A stretch of DNA of 64,000 bases from sequence record LR745206.1; one strand, given 5' to 3'. The notes under the pieces are model-generated. The model was not told the DNA's origin. It searched no databases and was given only the letters and a program-made list of their open reading frames with translations. Position 1 is the first letter of the stretch; each line of letters begins with the position of its first letter. Position numbers and translations under genes: made by a program. Below, in pieces: positions 19,743 to 29,318 of the stretch.

Positions 19743-20468
19743 ATGAGATATACAGGAAATAAAAGTAGAATAGCCAAACACATTTTACCTATAATATTAA
19801 ATGGTAGAAAACCTAATCAGTGGTTTGTTGAACCCTTTGTAGGTGGTGCAAATATTACGGATAAAGTTGAAGGGTTAAGACTTGCTTCAGACTACAATAA
19901 ACATTTGATTGAATTTTATAAAGCATTGCAAGATGGTTGGACACCACCATTAAGAATAAGTAAAAATGAATATGACGATATAAAACAAAATCAAGAACGA
20001 GATAGTAAAATGACTGTGTGGGCAGGAATATGTTGTAGTTATGGTGGAAGATGGTTTGGTGGGTTTTTGAGTGACTATCAAGAATCAAAAAGATTAAAAA
20101 ACGGAAGATTACCTAATCATCAAGACGAGGCAAGGCGTAGTTTGATAACTCAAATACCTAATTTAATATCAGTTCATTTTATTTACTCTGATTATAAGAA
20201 TTTAGAAATACCACCTAATTCAATTATTTATTGTGACCCACCATACGAAGGAACTGTTAAATATAAAAACGGAATAAACCACAACGAATTTTGGAATTGG
20301 TGTAGAGAAAAAGCAAATCAAGGACATACAATTTTTATAAGTGAATACAATGCACCTACTGACTTTGAATGTATTTGGCAAATGGAATTAAGCAATACGT
20401 TAAGTAAACAGAATAATTTTAAGAGCGTGGAAAAACTTTTTAAATTTTCTCCCACAAATGTTCAATAG
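19743..20468 (+). CDS. Dam-like (D12 class) N6-adenine DNA methyltransferase, cassette 3
   Basis: YTGNKS, EPFVGGA, IYCDPPY motifs. Confidence 0.9.
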   Translation: MRYTGNKSRIAKHILPIILNGRKPNQWFVEPFVGGANITDKVEGLRLASDYNKHLIEFYKALQDGWTPPLRISKNEYDDIKQNQERDSKMTVWAGICCSYGGRWFGGFLSDYQESKRLKNGRLPNHQDEARRSLITQIPNLISVHFIYSDYKNLEIPPNSIIYCDPPYEGTVKYKNGINHNEFWNWCREKANQGHTIFISEYNAPTDFECIWQMELSNTLSKQNNFKSVEKLFKFSPTNVQ

Positions 20469-20487
20469 TAGCAGTATCGTAGCACTT

Positions 20488-20546
20488 GCAGGTAACGGAC
20501 GGTGCTATACGCTCGTTTTAATGGCGTATAGCACGTGTTACAGGTA
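20488..20546 (+). mobile_element. attC-like site 4
   Basis: gcaggtAAC-gtgctatacgc...gcgtatagcac-GTTacaggta. Confidence 0.8.
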
Positions 20547-20602
20547 GTATGGATTTATACCGCAAAACTTAATTAGAAGTACAAACTAAAAAGAATTTAA
20601 AA

Positions 20603-21511
20603 ATGAGCGTAGGCAAAAAAGAAAAAATAAACGTATTATCCTATTTTGATGGCATTAGCTGCGGACAGATAGCGTTAGAACGTGCTGGATTAGAAATTGA
20701 AAATTACTTTGCTTGTGAGATAAAACCACACGCAATTGAAACTACATTGATAAATTACCCGAACACAAAACACTTAGGTAGTGTTACGGAAGTAGATTTG
20801 GATAATTTACCATTTATAGATTTATTTATTGGGGGTTCTCCGTGTAAAGGGATTTCAAGATTGAATAAAAATCAAGAAGGACTTGAACATTCTGAAAGTA
20901 AATTATTTTGGGTTTATGTTGATACGCTTGAAAAATTGAGAGTTAATAACCCAAACATTATATTCTTATTGGAGAACACTCACGGAAATAAAGAAGCAAC
21001 AAATACTATTACAGAGGTTTTAGGAGTTAAACCAATTTCGATAAATAGCAAACTTGTTTCAGCACAAAATAGACCACGCTATTATTGGACTAACATACCA
21101 AACATTACTCAACCAATTGATAAAGGAATTACGACAAAAGATGTGTTTGATTATAGTGGTGAATTAGCACACGAATGTAGAGTGAAATGGCTTACAAACG
21201 AAAGCGGAATTAAAAGTGTTGCAAATGGATATACAAGAGTAAATCCATTTCCTAAAAGCGGATGCTTAACAGCTAATGGACATAGAAAATGGAATGAAAA
21301 CTATTTATTGAAAGATGGTGTTTATCGCTACCTTTCGCAAACAGAAATTGAAAAGTTGCAGACTTTACCAATAGGATATACAAGTAATTTATCATTTGAT
21401 GATGCTTATGATGTTATCGGAGATGGATGGACAGTAGATGTAATTGCTCATATTTTTTCTTTTTTAAAGGAGGGAAAATTTTTAAATTCTTTTTCAGACG
21501 AAAATGTTTAA
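20603..21511 (+). CDS. C5-cytosine DNA methyltransferase, cassette 4
   Basis: VLSYFDGISCG, GGSPC, EN, QNRPRYYW motifs. Confidence 0.9.
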   Translation: MSVGKKEKINVLSYFDGISCGQIALERAGLEIENYFACEIKPHAIETTLINYPNTKHLGSVTEVDLDNLPFIDLFIGGSPCKGISRLNKNQEGLEHSESKLFWVYVDTLEKLRVNNPNIIFLLENTHGNKEATNTITEVLGVKPISINSKLVSAQNRPRYYWTNIPNITQPIDKGITTKDVFDYSGELAHECRVKWLTNESGIKSVANGYTRVNPFPKSGCLTANGHRKWNENYLLKDGVYRYLSQTEIEKLQTLPIGYTSNLSFDDAYDVIGDGWTVDVIAHIFSFLKEGKFLNSFSDENV

Positions 21512-21527
21512 TCGAAGCACCCCCTAT

Positions 21528-21537
21528 TACCTGTAAC
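21528..21537 (+). mobile_element. attC-like left core only (no hairpin follows)
   Basis: tacctgtaac is the exact reverse complement of gttacaggta at 20537. Confidence 0.65.
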
Positions 21538-21539
21538 TT

Positions 21540-21907
21540 ATGATTAAAGAAGAAGTAAAATATTCGGAATTTCAAGAAAATATCTTCAACGCAGTAATGG
21601 TTACTAATAAGAATATAGTAGTAAAAGCGACTGCAGGGTCAGGTAAAACATTTACTACTATTGAGATATCTAAATTAATACCCCCTAATAAGAGTTGTAT
21701 TTTTGTAGCTTTTAATAAATCTATTGTTGAAGAATTACAATTAAAATTATCTCCTAATATAGAATGTTCTACAGTACATTCAAAAGGTATGAGTGTACTT
21801 ACTTCATTTTTTAAATCTCGTTTAGTTTTAAATGAATTTAAAACTTTCAGATTTGCAGAAAAATACTTAAAAGATCTGGATAGAAAAGAGAAGTTTATTA
21901 AGATCCT
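21540..21907 (+). pseudogene. UvrD/Rep-like SF1 helicase, N-terminal fragment
   Basis: Q-motif, ATAGSGKT Walker A, VAFNKSI, STVHS; after ~KFIKIL the frame is antisense of the next gene. Confidence 0.8.
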
Positions 21908-24900
21908 ACGACCAAGTGGTTTAGAAATTGGCTTAGGTTCTTCAACTGGTTTCTGTGGATCATACTCATCCTTCAATGATTTTATTAGTTCTTTTAAGAA
22001 ATCTTTGAAAGTGGTTTCCATCTCTCTTTCTTTACCCTTCTCAGCTTTTGATCTATCAAAACTAATACGGCTCAAAAAATCAAATGAATCTTTTAACTCT
22101 GGTTTATTCATTCTAAGGGATCTAGGAGCTTCCGCTTTTCTGTAACTAAATACCTTTTCAACTAAAGTTTTGAACTCATCAAGTTTATTAGTAGATCCTA
22201 AATAGGATAAAATATATTTAAATGCTAATAATCTAATAGTTTTAGGTTTCTTAACATCTTCCTTCGTTTTAGAATCTCTACCCCAATATGAAGTATTATC
22301 CTTTATAGTACCAATTGAGTTAACATATTTTTCAAATTTTACTTTATCATATAGATAATAACAAACTTGTAAATTATACTGAACCCATTGCTCACTTTCA
22401 TCAACATGCTTTAGTGTCCATTCATATAAAGATTTTAAGTTATCATCAGTAAGTTCTAACTCTTTAAAATCTCTACTTGATCTAGATATTACTTTAGCTA
22501 TTGTGTGTAATAAACTACTATCAAATGTTGCTCCTCTACCTTTAAAATCCCACTCAGATATTTTATCAGCATCCGATTCTGTTTCACCTTTCCCTACTTT
22601 TAACTTATCTAAATTAGTTAAAATCATCAACACCATTAAATCATATTCACCTTTATCATATCTAAATACGGATAAACCATCAACATAATCTTTGAAATAA
22701 GTATCATACCATTTCTTTGGTGTAATACGACTTGAATATCCATAACCAGATTTACTAGAAGCATTTTTTAAGTCACTTAATAACTTATATTGATATTCCT
22801 TCTTCTTAGCAAAAGATATGGCTTCCTCTAGTTTATCTTCAAAACCACTACCTTTAAACAGTGTTCTATAAGATGTTGTTGAATACTCACGCATTTCATT
22901 TTTACTTCTAACTATTGCTATTAAATGAGTATAGGCATTTTCTAAATCTAACTTTCTTTCAACCAAGGTCTTGTAGTATTCTTCTGAATAGGTTATTGTC
23001 TCTTCACCTTCTCTATTAGTGTGTCTGGATTTGGCACCCTTTAATGATTCCCTAATTATATCAATTTCCTCATCCTTACCTATCGTGTATCCTAATCCAG
23101 TTAAATATTCAATTATTTTATTTATATCACTTGGATACCTAGTATCATGAAACATTTTTTTAACAACCTTAGACATTGTTCCTATTTCATCATAATCTTT
23201 TTTAGTAAATCCTAATTCATTGGCATATTTAATAGTTGTACTAACATCAAAGTCACTATATGATCTCTTATCTTTCTCACTAGCCGTTCTTAACTCACCT
23301 AAACCCTTTATAGATATAGCTTTCTTAACCTTTTCTTTTATTATATTCCAAATATCTGGAACCCTACTCATACCATTCTTAGTAGAAATAAATGACCAAA
23401 AGTCAACATATAAATTAATTGATGTTTTGTCCTTTATAGTATATTGTTCCCATCTCTCATCCGCCATATAAGTTGGTTTTACCCTCTCCTCAATGATATT
23501 ATTTACCTTATCACTAATATAATCTGTCAATAATTTATGAGCATTCTTATCAACCAATTTCAACAATTCATTAAAACTTGATAACTTAGCATATGATTTA
23601 ATATCATCCATACTACCATTACCATATATACCAAATATATTAATAAATACATTTAAACTCTCTTTATCAATTATTTTATAACCAATTTTATATAATGAAT
23701 CAATTACTGACTTATTTAATGGTAACTTTTCTCTAAATATATCACTTAATGTTACTATATTACTCCTAGTTTTTGCTAACTTTTTACTTGCTATTTTTCT
23801 ACCTCCACTATCTTGTGGTAATGGTTCTTTTGGTAACAATTGAACTAATTCCGGACCAATATCAAAAAATAACATTGAGTTAAGTCTAAATAAAGATTTA
23901 CCACTATCAGAATTACGATCTATTCCTAATTTTTCCCAATCATCACTCCAAAATGTAGCAGTCAATCTATTACGAATGGAAATTTTATCTGGATAGTCCT
24001 TAAATAAATCTATCATCAATTTTGTTTCTCTATCTAATGCTGATGAATAACTCTTAACTATTTCCTCTTTGGTAAATCCAACAGAAAATAAATTATCTAT
24101 TTTTAGATTTGATGATTGTTTTATTATACCAGTTTTAATCAATTCATCCTTTGTGAAATATGATAATGAAGCAGGATCTATATTTGTATATTTGTATAAT
24201 TTATTATCAATTACTTCCTCTTTAGTTAATTTTAATATAACAAATAGGTTAGATAAATTTGTTCTATTATCCAATCTTTGAATACATTTTTTAGATAAAA
24301 TAGTTTCGTTATCCAATTCCTTTAGTTGATCCCAACTCAATTCAGTTTTTGATAAAATATCCAATTTATCTTTCTCTTCTTTGGTAAAATATTCTGTATC
24401 ATTTTTCTTTGGTCGCATTCTATAACCATATCTATCCTTGTTTTTAAAAACCAACTTCTTGTTTATAATATCATCTTTGGATATACCATAATCTAAGAGT
24501 ATGCTAACTGGTATATCATTCCAGTCTGTCATTGCTTTCAAAGTATCAATTGACACATATAAATCTCTAAGTAAAACTCCCCTTTCCTTTAGAATATTTT
24601 CAATTTTATCCTTACTTACTGACCCATCATATTTATCATGTGCTGTTGTGTAATCAAAATGTGTTGTTAAACCTATCTTGGACATTTTATCATTCTTACC
24701 AAAATTATCAACTAAGAATATAACCCATTGTAGCCCACCATTAGCATATGAATCAAACGTAGAAGATGAACGAACAATACACCAAGATGTATCACCACCC
24801 AATTTCTTTATCTGATTATAGTTTACTTGACATATTATAATATCATGTTCATCATCAGCAACTTTTATATAAGCTCCTGTATCTTCCACTTGTTTTAATA

Positions 24901-25426
24901 ACTTACCAAAGTTACTATCTAATTGTGATTGTAATAATCGTTTAGCCGCTTCGACCAAAGTTTTTTTATCCCTGAAAGAAGATATCTTTCTTATCAACGA
25001 AGGTAAGGATTTATTCTTACCCAATTGGTTTAATAATATTAAATCATTCTCATCTGTTAATGAGAAAAATGCTTTCTGGTGTGATGGGAATTGATTGATT
25101 ACTTTCTTAGCACTTGATTTAATTTTAGCTTGTTCAACTTGGTCCCAAAATTGTTCAACTGATTCTAAATCAACAATAGATTTAGTGAAATAAGTTATTA
25201 AACCACTCTTATCTTTAGCAATCTCCCAGATGTTTTTTAACTCATCCATTGGTTGCTTATCAACATATCTTAACTTGGTGAACCACTGAGTATATCCATC
25301 GTTACCTTTAAGCATATCTCGAATAGCTAGATAATCAGTATCGGTTTGTTCTATTCCTAATTTTTTAAGTATAGCTTTAGCACCAATAACGTTTTCGTTT
25401 AAATGGAATCTTGAGATATATTTCAT
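21572..25426 (-). CDS. Large CTS-like leader protein; last ~110 codons are read-through into antisense helicase
   Basis: MKYISRFHLNE; TAATATATA at 25432-25440; native-looking sequence ends near 21900. Confidence 0.75.
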   Translation of the reverse strand: MKYISRFHLNENVIGAKAILKKLGIEQTDTDYLAIRDMLKGNDGYTQWFTKLRYVDKQPMDELKNIWEIAKDKSGLITYFTKSIVDLESVEQFWDQVEQAKIKSSAKKVINQFPSHQKAFFSLTDENDLILLNQLGKNKSLPSLIRKISSFRDKKTLVEAAKRLLQSQLDSNFGKLLKQVEDTGAYIKVADDEHDIIICQVNYNQIKKLGGDTSWCIVRSSSTFDSYANGGLQWVIFLVDNFGKNDKMSKIGLTTHFDYTTAHDKYDGSVSKDKIENILKERGVLLRDLYVSIDTLKAMTDWNDIPVSILLDYGISKDDIINKKLVFKNKDRYGYRMRPKKNDTEYFTKEEKDKLDILSKTELSWDQLKELDNETILSKKCIQRLDNRTNLSNLFVILKLTKEEVIDNKLYKYTNIDPASLSYFTKDELIKTGIIKQSSNLKIDNLFSVGFTKEEIVKSYSSALDRETKLMIDLFKDYPDKISIRNRLTATFWSDDWEKLGIDRNSDSGKSLFRLNSMLFFDIGPELVQLLPKEPLPQDSGGRKIASKKLAKTRSNIVTLSDIFREKLPLNKSVIDSLYKIGYKIIDKESLNVFINIFGIYGNGSMDDIKSYAKLSSFNELLKLVDKNAHKLLTDYISDKVNNIIEERVKPTYMADERWEQYTIKDKTSINLYVDFWSFISTKNGMSRVPDIWNIIKEKVKKAISIKGLGELRTASEKDKRSYSDFDVSTTIKYANELGFTKKDYDEIGTMSKVVKKMFHDTRYPSDINKIIEYLTGLGYTIGKDEEIDIIRESLKGAKSRHTNREGEETITYSEEYYKTLVERKLDLENAYTHLIAIVRSKNEMREYSTTSYRTLFKGSGFEDKLEEAISFAKKKEYQYKLLSDLKNASSKSGYGYSSRITPKKWYDTYFKDYVDGLSVFRYDKGEYDLMVLMILTNLDKLKVGKGETESDADKISEWDFKGRGATFDSSLLHTIAKVISRSSRDFKELELTDDNLKSLYEWTLKHVDESEQWVQYNLQVCYYLYDKVKFEKYVNSIGTIKDNTSYWGRDSKTKEDVKKPKTIRLLAFKYILSYLGSTNKLDEFKTLVEKVFSYRKAEAPRSLRMNKPELKDSFDFLSRISFDRSKAEKGKEREMETTFKDFLKELIKSLKDEYDPQKPVEEPKPISKPLGRRILINFSFLSRSFKYFSANLKVLNSFKTKRDLKNEVSTLIPFECTVEHSILGDNFNCNSSTIDLLKATKIQLLLGGINLDISIVVNVLPDPAVAFTTIFLLVTITALKIFS

Positions 25427-25464
25427 GAAGGTATATATTAATACCTTGATTTAGAAATATAGAT

Positions 25465-25875
25465 TTAGGAATTTTTATTAAAATTTATAGACATAATAAC
25501 GAAGTTTCCTGTCTCATGATTATTAACCAATCCAATAAAGTTTTCATACTTTATTTTATATTCTCTAGTAGCTCCCATCATTTGAGGCCATTTTACATTC
25601 TCCATTGTGAATTCAACCTCAACATTATAATCATATGACAACATCATATAATCATAACAACGTTCAATATATTCCAAAGTGTCCATGACATCAAACCTAC
25701 CAAATTTCTCACTAGTTCCCTTTATCTTTACTGATAAACCACCATAACTCGGAGCAAATAATATACCGTCATCTATCCAAATATTGAATCCATCATCTTT
25801 TAATTCCTGAAAGATGTCTAATATTTCATCTTTATTATAATCTTTGGATTCATTAAATTTCCTTAAATATTTCAT
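25465..25875 (-). CDS. CTS-like leader protein, DIFxELxD family
   Basis: MKYLRKFNES...ILDIFQELKDDGF. Confidence 0.75.
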   Translation of the reverse strand: MKYLRKFNESKDYNKDEILDIFQELKDDGFNIWIDDGILFAPSYGGLSVKIKGTSEKFGRFDVMDTLEYIERCYDYMMLSYDYNVEVEFTMENVKWPQMMGATREYKIKYENFIGLVNNHETGNFVIMSINFNKNS

Positions 25876-26423
25876 AAAACAAATTCAATTTTAAGATGTC
25901 TTAGTCTATCACCTTTATCTAATATAAAATCAGTTAATAAATCTGTTGAATATGCGCCTTTAGTAGGCTTGTGAATAGGACCAGTATTCCCATCTGGTCT
26001 AAACCCCTTTTCTAAATAACCAGGACCAATACTTTGATTACCACTTTGTCCAAATTCACCAGCATTTACCCATTTAACCCCAGCTCTACCTATTTTTAAT
26101 TCAGTATATCCCTCACACCTTATGATAGCATCAACCAACTCTTTTGTTATTTCATCACCATTGATAACCTGTCTATATCTAACACCTGATTCTGTTTGTT
26201 TTGAAAGATTTATAGGAACAACACTAGCGTCAAGATTAACAACAACAGTTATTTTATCAAATTCTATATCTTTCTTTGAATAATTAGTATATCCTTTAAC
26301 AATTTTAACATGAGTAAGGTCACTAACAGTAATGAAGCAATCTTTAACATCTTCAAACTTTGAAGATATTATCTCACTAACTTCTGATTCGAGAGATTCG
26401 TTAAAACTTTTTAAGTATTTCAT
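25872..26423 (-). CDS. CTS-like leader protein
   Basis: MKYLKSFNES; TAATATATA at 26433-26441. Confidence 0.75.
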   Translation of the reverse strand: MKYLKSFNESLESEVSEIISSKFEDVKDCFITVSDLTHVKIVKGYTNYSKKDIEFDKITVVVNLDASVVPINLSKQTESGVRYRQVINGDEITKELVDAIIRCEGYTELKIGRAGVKWVNAGEFGQSGNQSIGPGYLEKGFRPDGNTGPIHKPTKGAYSTDLLTDFILDKGDRLRHLKIEFVL

Positions 26424-26460
26424 ATATAAAGATATATATTAATCTGCTAAATTCATTCCA

Positions 26461-27111
26461 ATGATTAAACGCATTCTCGAACAAGTTGATCAAAACAAAT
26501 CGACACCAGTAATGGCAACTTGTCACATCAATAACCCAAAATATAATACACTTAGAATTAAAAAAGATTTAATTCAGATAGACTTCAATAGTTTATACCC
26601 AAATGTTTTAATTAAAATGTATGATGAAGGACTTCTTCCACTTGAAAAGGATAATATAGATAATATACGATATTTAATCGAGAATAGAGAAGAAATAAAA
26701 AAGGATGATGATAAATATTATCAACTAAAAGTAACTGTTAATTCTTATTGGGCTAAATTATACAGGAGAGATCCAAGTAAAGCTAACATAGCAGTAGAAT
26801 ACCTAACACATTTTTATAATGAACTCCTATACAAACACAATGATAATATAATTTATATTGATGCTGATATGATTATCATTGAAAAACTTGATAATATAAT
26901 TGAAGATATAGAAGAGTTAGATATACCATATACTATAAAAGATATTAATTATTTCTACTTGATGAGTAAAAAAAGATATGCTTATATTGATAAAGGTAAA
27001 CTAATAATAAAAGGATATTCACCATCAAGAGATCATAAAACAATTCAAGATTTAGAATTAATGATGAAAACTCATATAAGAGAAGATAAATTAATTGAAT
27101 TGGGTATATGA
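26461..27111 (+). CDS. Miniature family-B DNA polymerase palm-like protein
   Basis: IDFNSLYPN, KxxVNSYW, YIDAD, SKKRYA; ends REDKLIELGI. Confidence 0.7.
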   Translation: MIKRILEQVDQNKSTPVMATCHINNPKYNTLRIKKDLIQIDFNSLYPNVLIKMYDEGLLPLEKDNIDNIRYLIENREEIKKDDDKYYQLKVTVNSYWAKLYRRDPSKANIAVEYLTHFYNELLYKHNDNIIYIDADMIIIEKLDNIIEDIEELDIPYTIKDINYFYLMSKKRYAYIDKGKLIIKGYSPSRDHKTIQDLELMMKTHIREDKLIELGI

Positions 27112-27266
27112 TTAATTGGTTATTTAGAAGAAAAAAGAGAAAACCTAATCCAATAATGTTCGATGAAACACACGAATTGATCAATAGAATAATAGAGTTT
27201 CTTAACAAACCAGAGTATGCTTTCAACAGAAAAGATAAGATAAAGAGAATATTTAGGAAGAAATAA
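27108..27266 (+). CDS. Small hypothetical, C-terminal tag class
   Basis: Hand-translated MINWLF...RKDKIKRIFRKK. Confidence 0.55.
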   Translation: MINWLFRRKKRKPNPIMFDETHELINRIIEFLNKPEYAFNRKDKIKRIFRKK

Positions 27267-27301
27267 TTATTTGATATATAATTAAAATAAAAAATAATTA
27301 T

Positions 27302-27865
27302 ATGAGTAATAATTTATTGAAAACCAGAATATCAAACATACTAACCGATATAAATGAGGTTGATATGGATGAGAAAGACATCTTGGAATTAAAAAACAAG
27401 ATGAAAGAGATCGAGAAGAAGATCAAAGAGAAGAATAAGCCTAAAACAATCACCATCTCTGGTAAAGACCACTCTATCATAAAGGAATATTGCACCACAT
27501 TAAATCTAAACATCGGTGATTGGACAGCTAAAGTTCTACTTGATAAGATAGAAGCTGATAAATGTTATATTAGTCTGGAAGATGATGAATATGATGAAAT
27601 TGAAAAGGAAGAAATAACCAAAAGATATATCGATAATCAAAAACACCAAACTCTATATAAGTTTGATAAATTAATAATCAATAAAGATTTTCACTTCAAA
27701 GGATATTCTATAATAGATAGTAATCCACTTTATAAGTGTGATAATTTCAATAACAACACAAAAACTTTATTGGATAGTAATGGTATAACTTGTAAGTTAA
27801 CCTCTGAAAGAGAATTGGGTAAGAGAATACTAGAGAATATGGAACTAGAAATTGAAATAATATAA
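27302..27865 (+). CDS. Hypothetical protein
   Basis: 187-aa ORF. Confidence 0.7.
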   Translation: MSNNLLKTRISNILTDINEVDMDEKDILELKNKMKEIEKKIKEKNKPKTITISGKDHSIIKEYCTTLNLNIGDWTAKVLLDKIEADKCYISLEDDEYDEIEKEEITKRYIDNQKHQTLYKFDKLIINKDFHFKGYSIIDSNPLYKCDNFNNNTKTLLDSNGITCKLTSERELGKRILENMELEIEII

Positions 27866-27955
27866 TGAGTAATTATAATTCAAAAAATTGGAATATATCA
27901 AACATGTTTCTAGCTCTAATCAGAAAGAATAAAATACGAAAAATATTTAAACTAG

Positions 27956-28201
27956 ATGAAGAAAAAGTACCATTTTGAAGTTAATGATCCGGTTATTATA
28001 AATATCAAATGGGGACACCATTTTAATGATATTTCTATTAAATATGGTATAATATTTCAAATCGATAAGCATCCAACACTCTCAACAATGTATAGAGTGA
28101 ATGATAATGTTGGTGAACTAATAGGTAGATTTTACCACCACCAATTAGAACTGAATAAAGAATTGATAAGAGATTTTAAGATAAAACAATTAGGTATATG
28201 A
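27956..28201 (+). CDS. Hypothetical, C-terminal tag class
   Basis: Ends RDFKIKQLGI. Confidence 0.7.
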   Translation: MKKKYHFEVNDPVIINIKWGHHFNDISIKYGIIFQIDKHPTLSTMYRVNDNVGELIGRFYHHQLELNKELIRDFKIKQLGI

Positions 28202-28611
28202 AAAAACAAGCAATAAAAATGGACATAACACCAAAAACATTCACCAAACAATGTGAATATGAATTTACTAATACTGATGGTGTTAAATTCAAATTGTTAT
28301 TTCTAGAATACTCTCGTATTGATGGATATCCAATATTTGAAATTGATATGTCTAAAATTCCAAATAATACTATACTAGCAGATATTAAGTATCAAGGAGT
28401 AAACCCAAAGAGTTTGTATATTATAACACCGATGGAAGATTATTTATATGATCATCATAAGGTACAATTCCAACAAAATAAAGACATCTTGGTAGATTTT
28501 CTGTTTGATATTTATGATATTGATCTTGAGAAACTTACCACCAAAGAAGGTATGAAAGAAATAATGAGAGATGTTAAACTAATGAACATCTTAGAAAGTT
28601 CAATGAAATGA
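28198..28611 (+). CDS. Hypothetical, C-terminal tag class
   Basis: Ends RDVKLMNILESSMK. Confidence 0.7.
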   Translation: MKKQAIKMDITPKTFTKQCEYEFTNTDGVKFKLLFLEYSRIDGYPIFEIDMSKIPNNTILADIKYQGVNPKSLYIITPMEDYLYDHHKVQFQQNKDILVDFLFDIYDIDLEKLTTKEGMKEIMRDVKLMNILESSMK

Positions 28612-28817
28612 TAGATACTGGATGTAATAATTGTGGTAGAGATATAACAATATCTTCTACTGACCCAGATAGTTTTGATCCGACAAATGGTATGCCAATT
28701 TGTGATGATTGCTTTGATAAAGAATTTAGCAAAAGAGCACTAAGAGAAAAGAAACTACAATCAGTATTAAAACTAAGTAGATTGGTTAATAAGAAATGGT
28801 GGCAATTCTGGAAATAA
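28608..28817 (+). CDS. Small zinc-finger protein, tag class
   Basis: CNNC...CDDC; REKKLQSVL. Confidence 0.65.
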   Translation: MIDTGCNNCGRDITISSTDPDSFDPTNGMPICDDCFDKEFSKRALREKKLQSVLKLSRLVNKKWWQFWK

Positions 28818-28821
28818 TCAA

Positions 28822-29271
28822 TTAGCTATAAACTCTTACTTCAAATGATGTATTATCAAGTATATCATTCGCACTACCTCCACTATCAGTTCTAACAACA
28901 ATAGTATCATTACTTTCATTAACAGCACTTATAAATTCAGATCCGTTTGATTGTCCTTGATTAATAACAACCCATGTTGAACTAATCGGAAATCCACCAG
29001 CTTCAGTTAATGTATAATTACCACCAAATCCAGTATAACTCCAAACCGGAACAAAACCCAATGTGTTTTCTAATATAGTAGCAACTGGTGGGTTAGTGCT
29101 TGTTTGTGTTAATACCGCTGTGTAAACCTTATAAGATAAGCCTCCAATACCACTTACAGTCGCACCAGTTTTCTCAGAAAGAGAATCACCATTGAACCCA
29201 AGGTATTTATATCCTGTTTGTGGATTAGTTTGACCGTTAAGTCCGTCTTGTTTGAATATTTGCTTTCTCAT
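28822..29271 (-). CDS. Putative virion protein, GY(K/R)YLG(F/Y) family (1 of 3)
   Basis: GYKYLGFNG.S.SEKTGATVSGIGG; TAATATATA at 29293-29301. Confidence 0.65.
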   Translation of the reverse strand: MRKQIFKQDGLNGQTNPQTGYKYLGFNGDSLSEKTGATVSGIGGLSYKVYTAVLTQTSTNPPVATILENTLGFVPVWSYTGFGGNYTLTEAGGFPISSTWVVINQGQSNGSEFISAVNESNDTIVVRTDSGGSANDILDNTSFEVRVYS

Positions 29272-29318
29272 GATATAACATATTTTGTAATGTATATATT
29301 ATATCCGGAAAATAAAAT

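Noticed and set aside
18725-20546. CRISPR array or simple terminators
   Set aside because: Units are non-identical, separated by whole genes, lack U-tracts, and show cassette-end complementarity instead.
21572-22145. Genuine long antisense overlap of two functional genes
   Set aside because: Each ORF simply reads through into the other's antisense strand across a junction near 21900; helicase motifs stop there.
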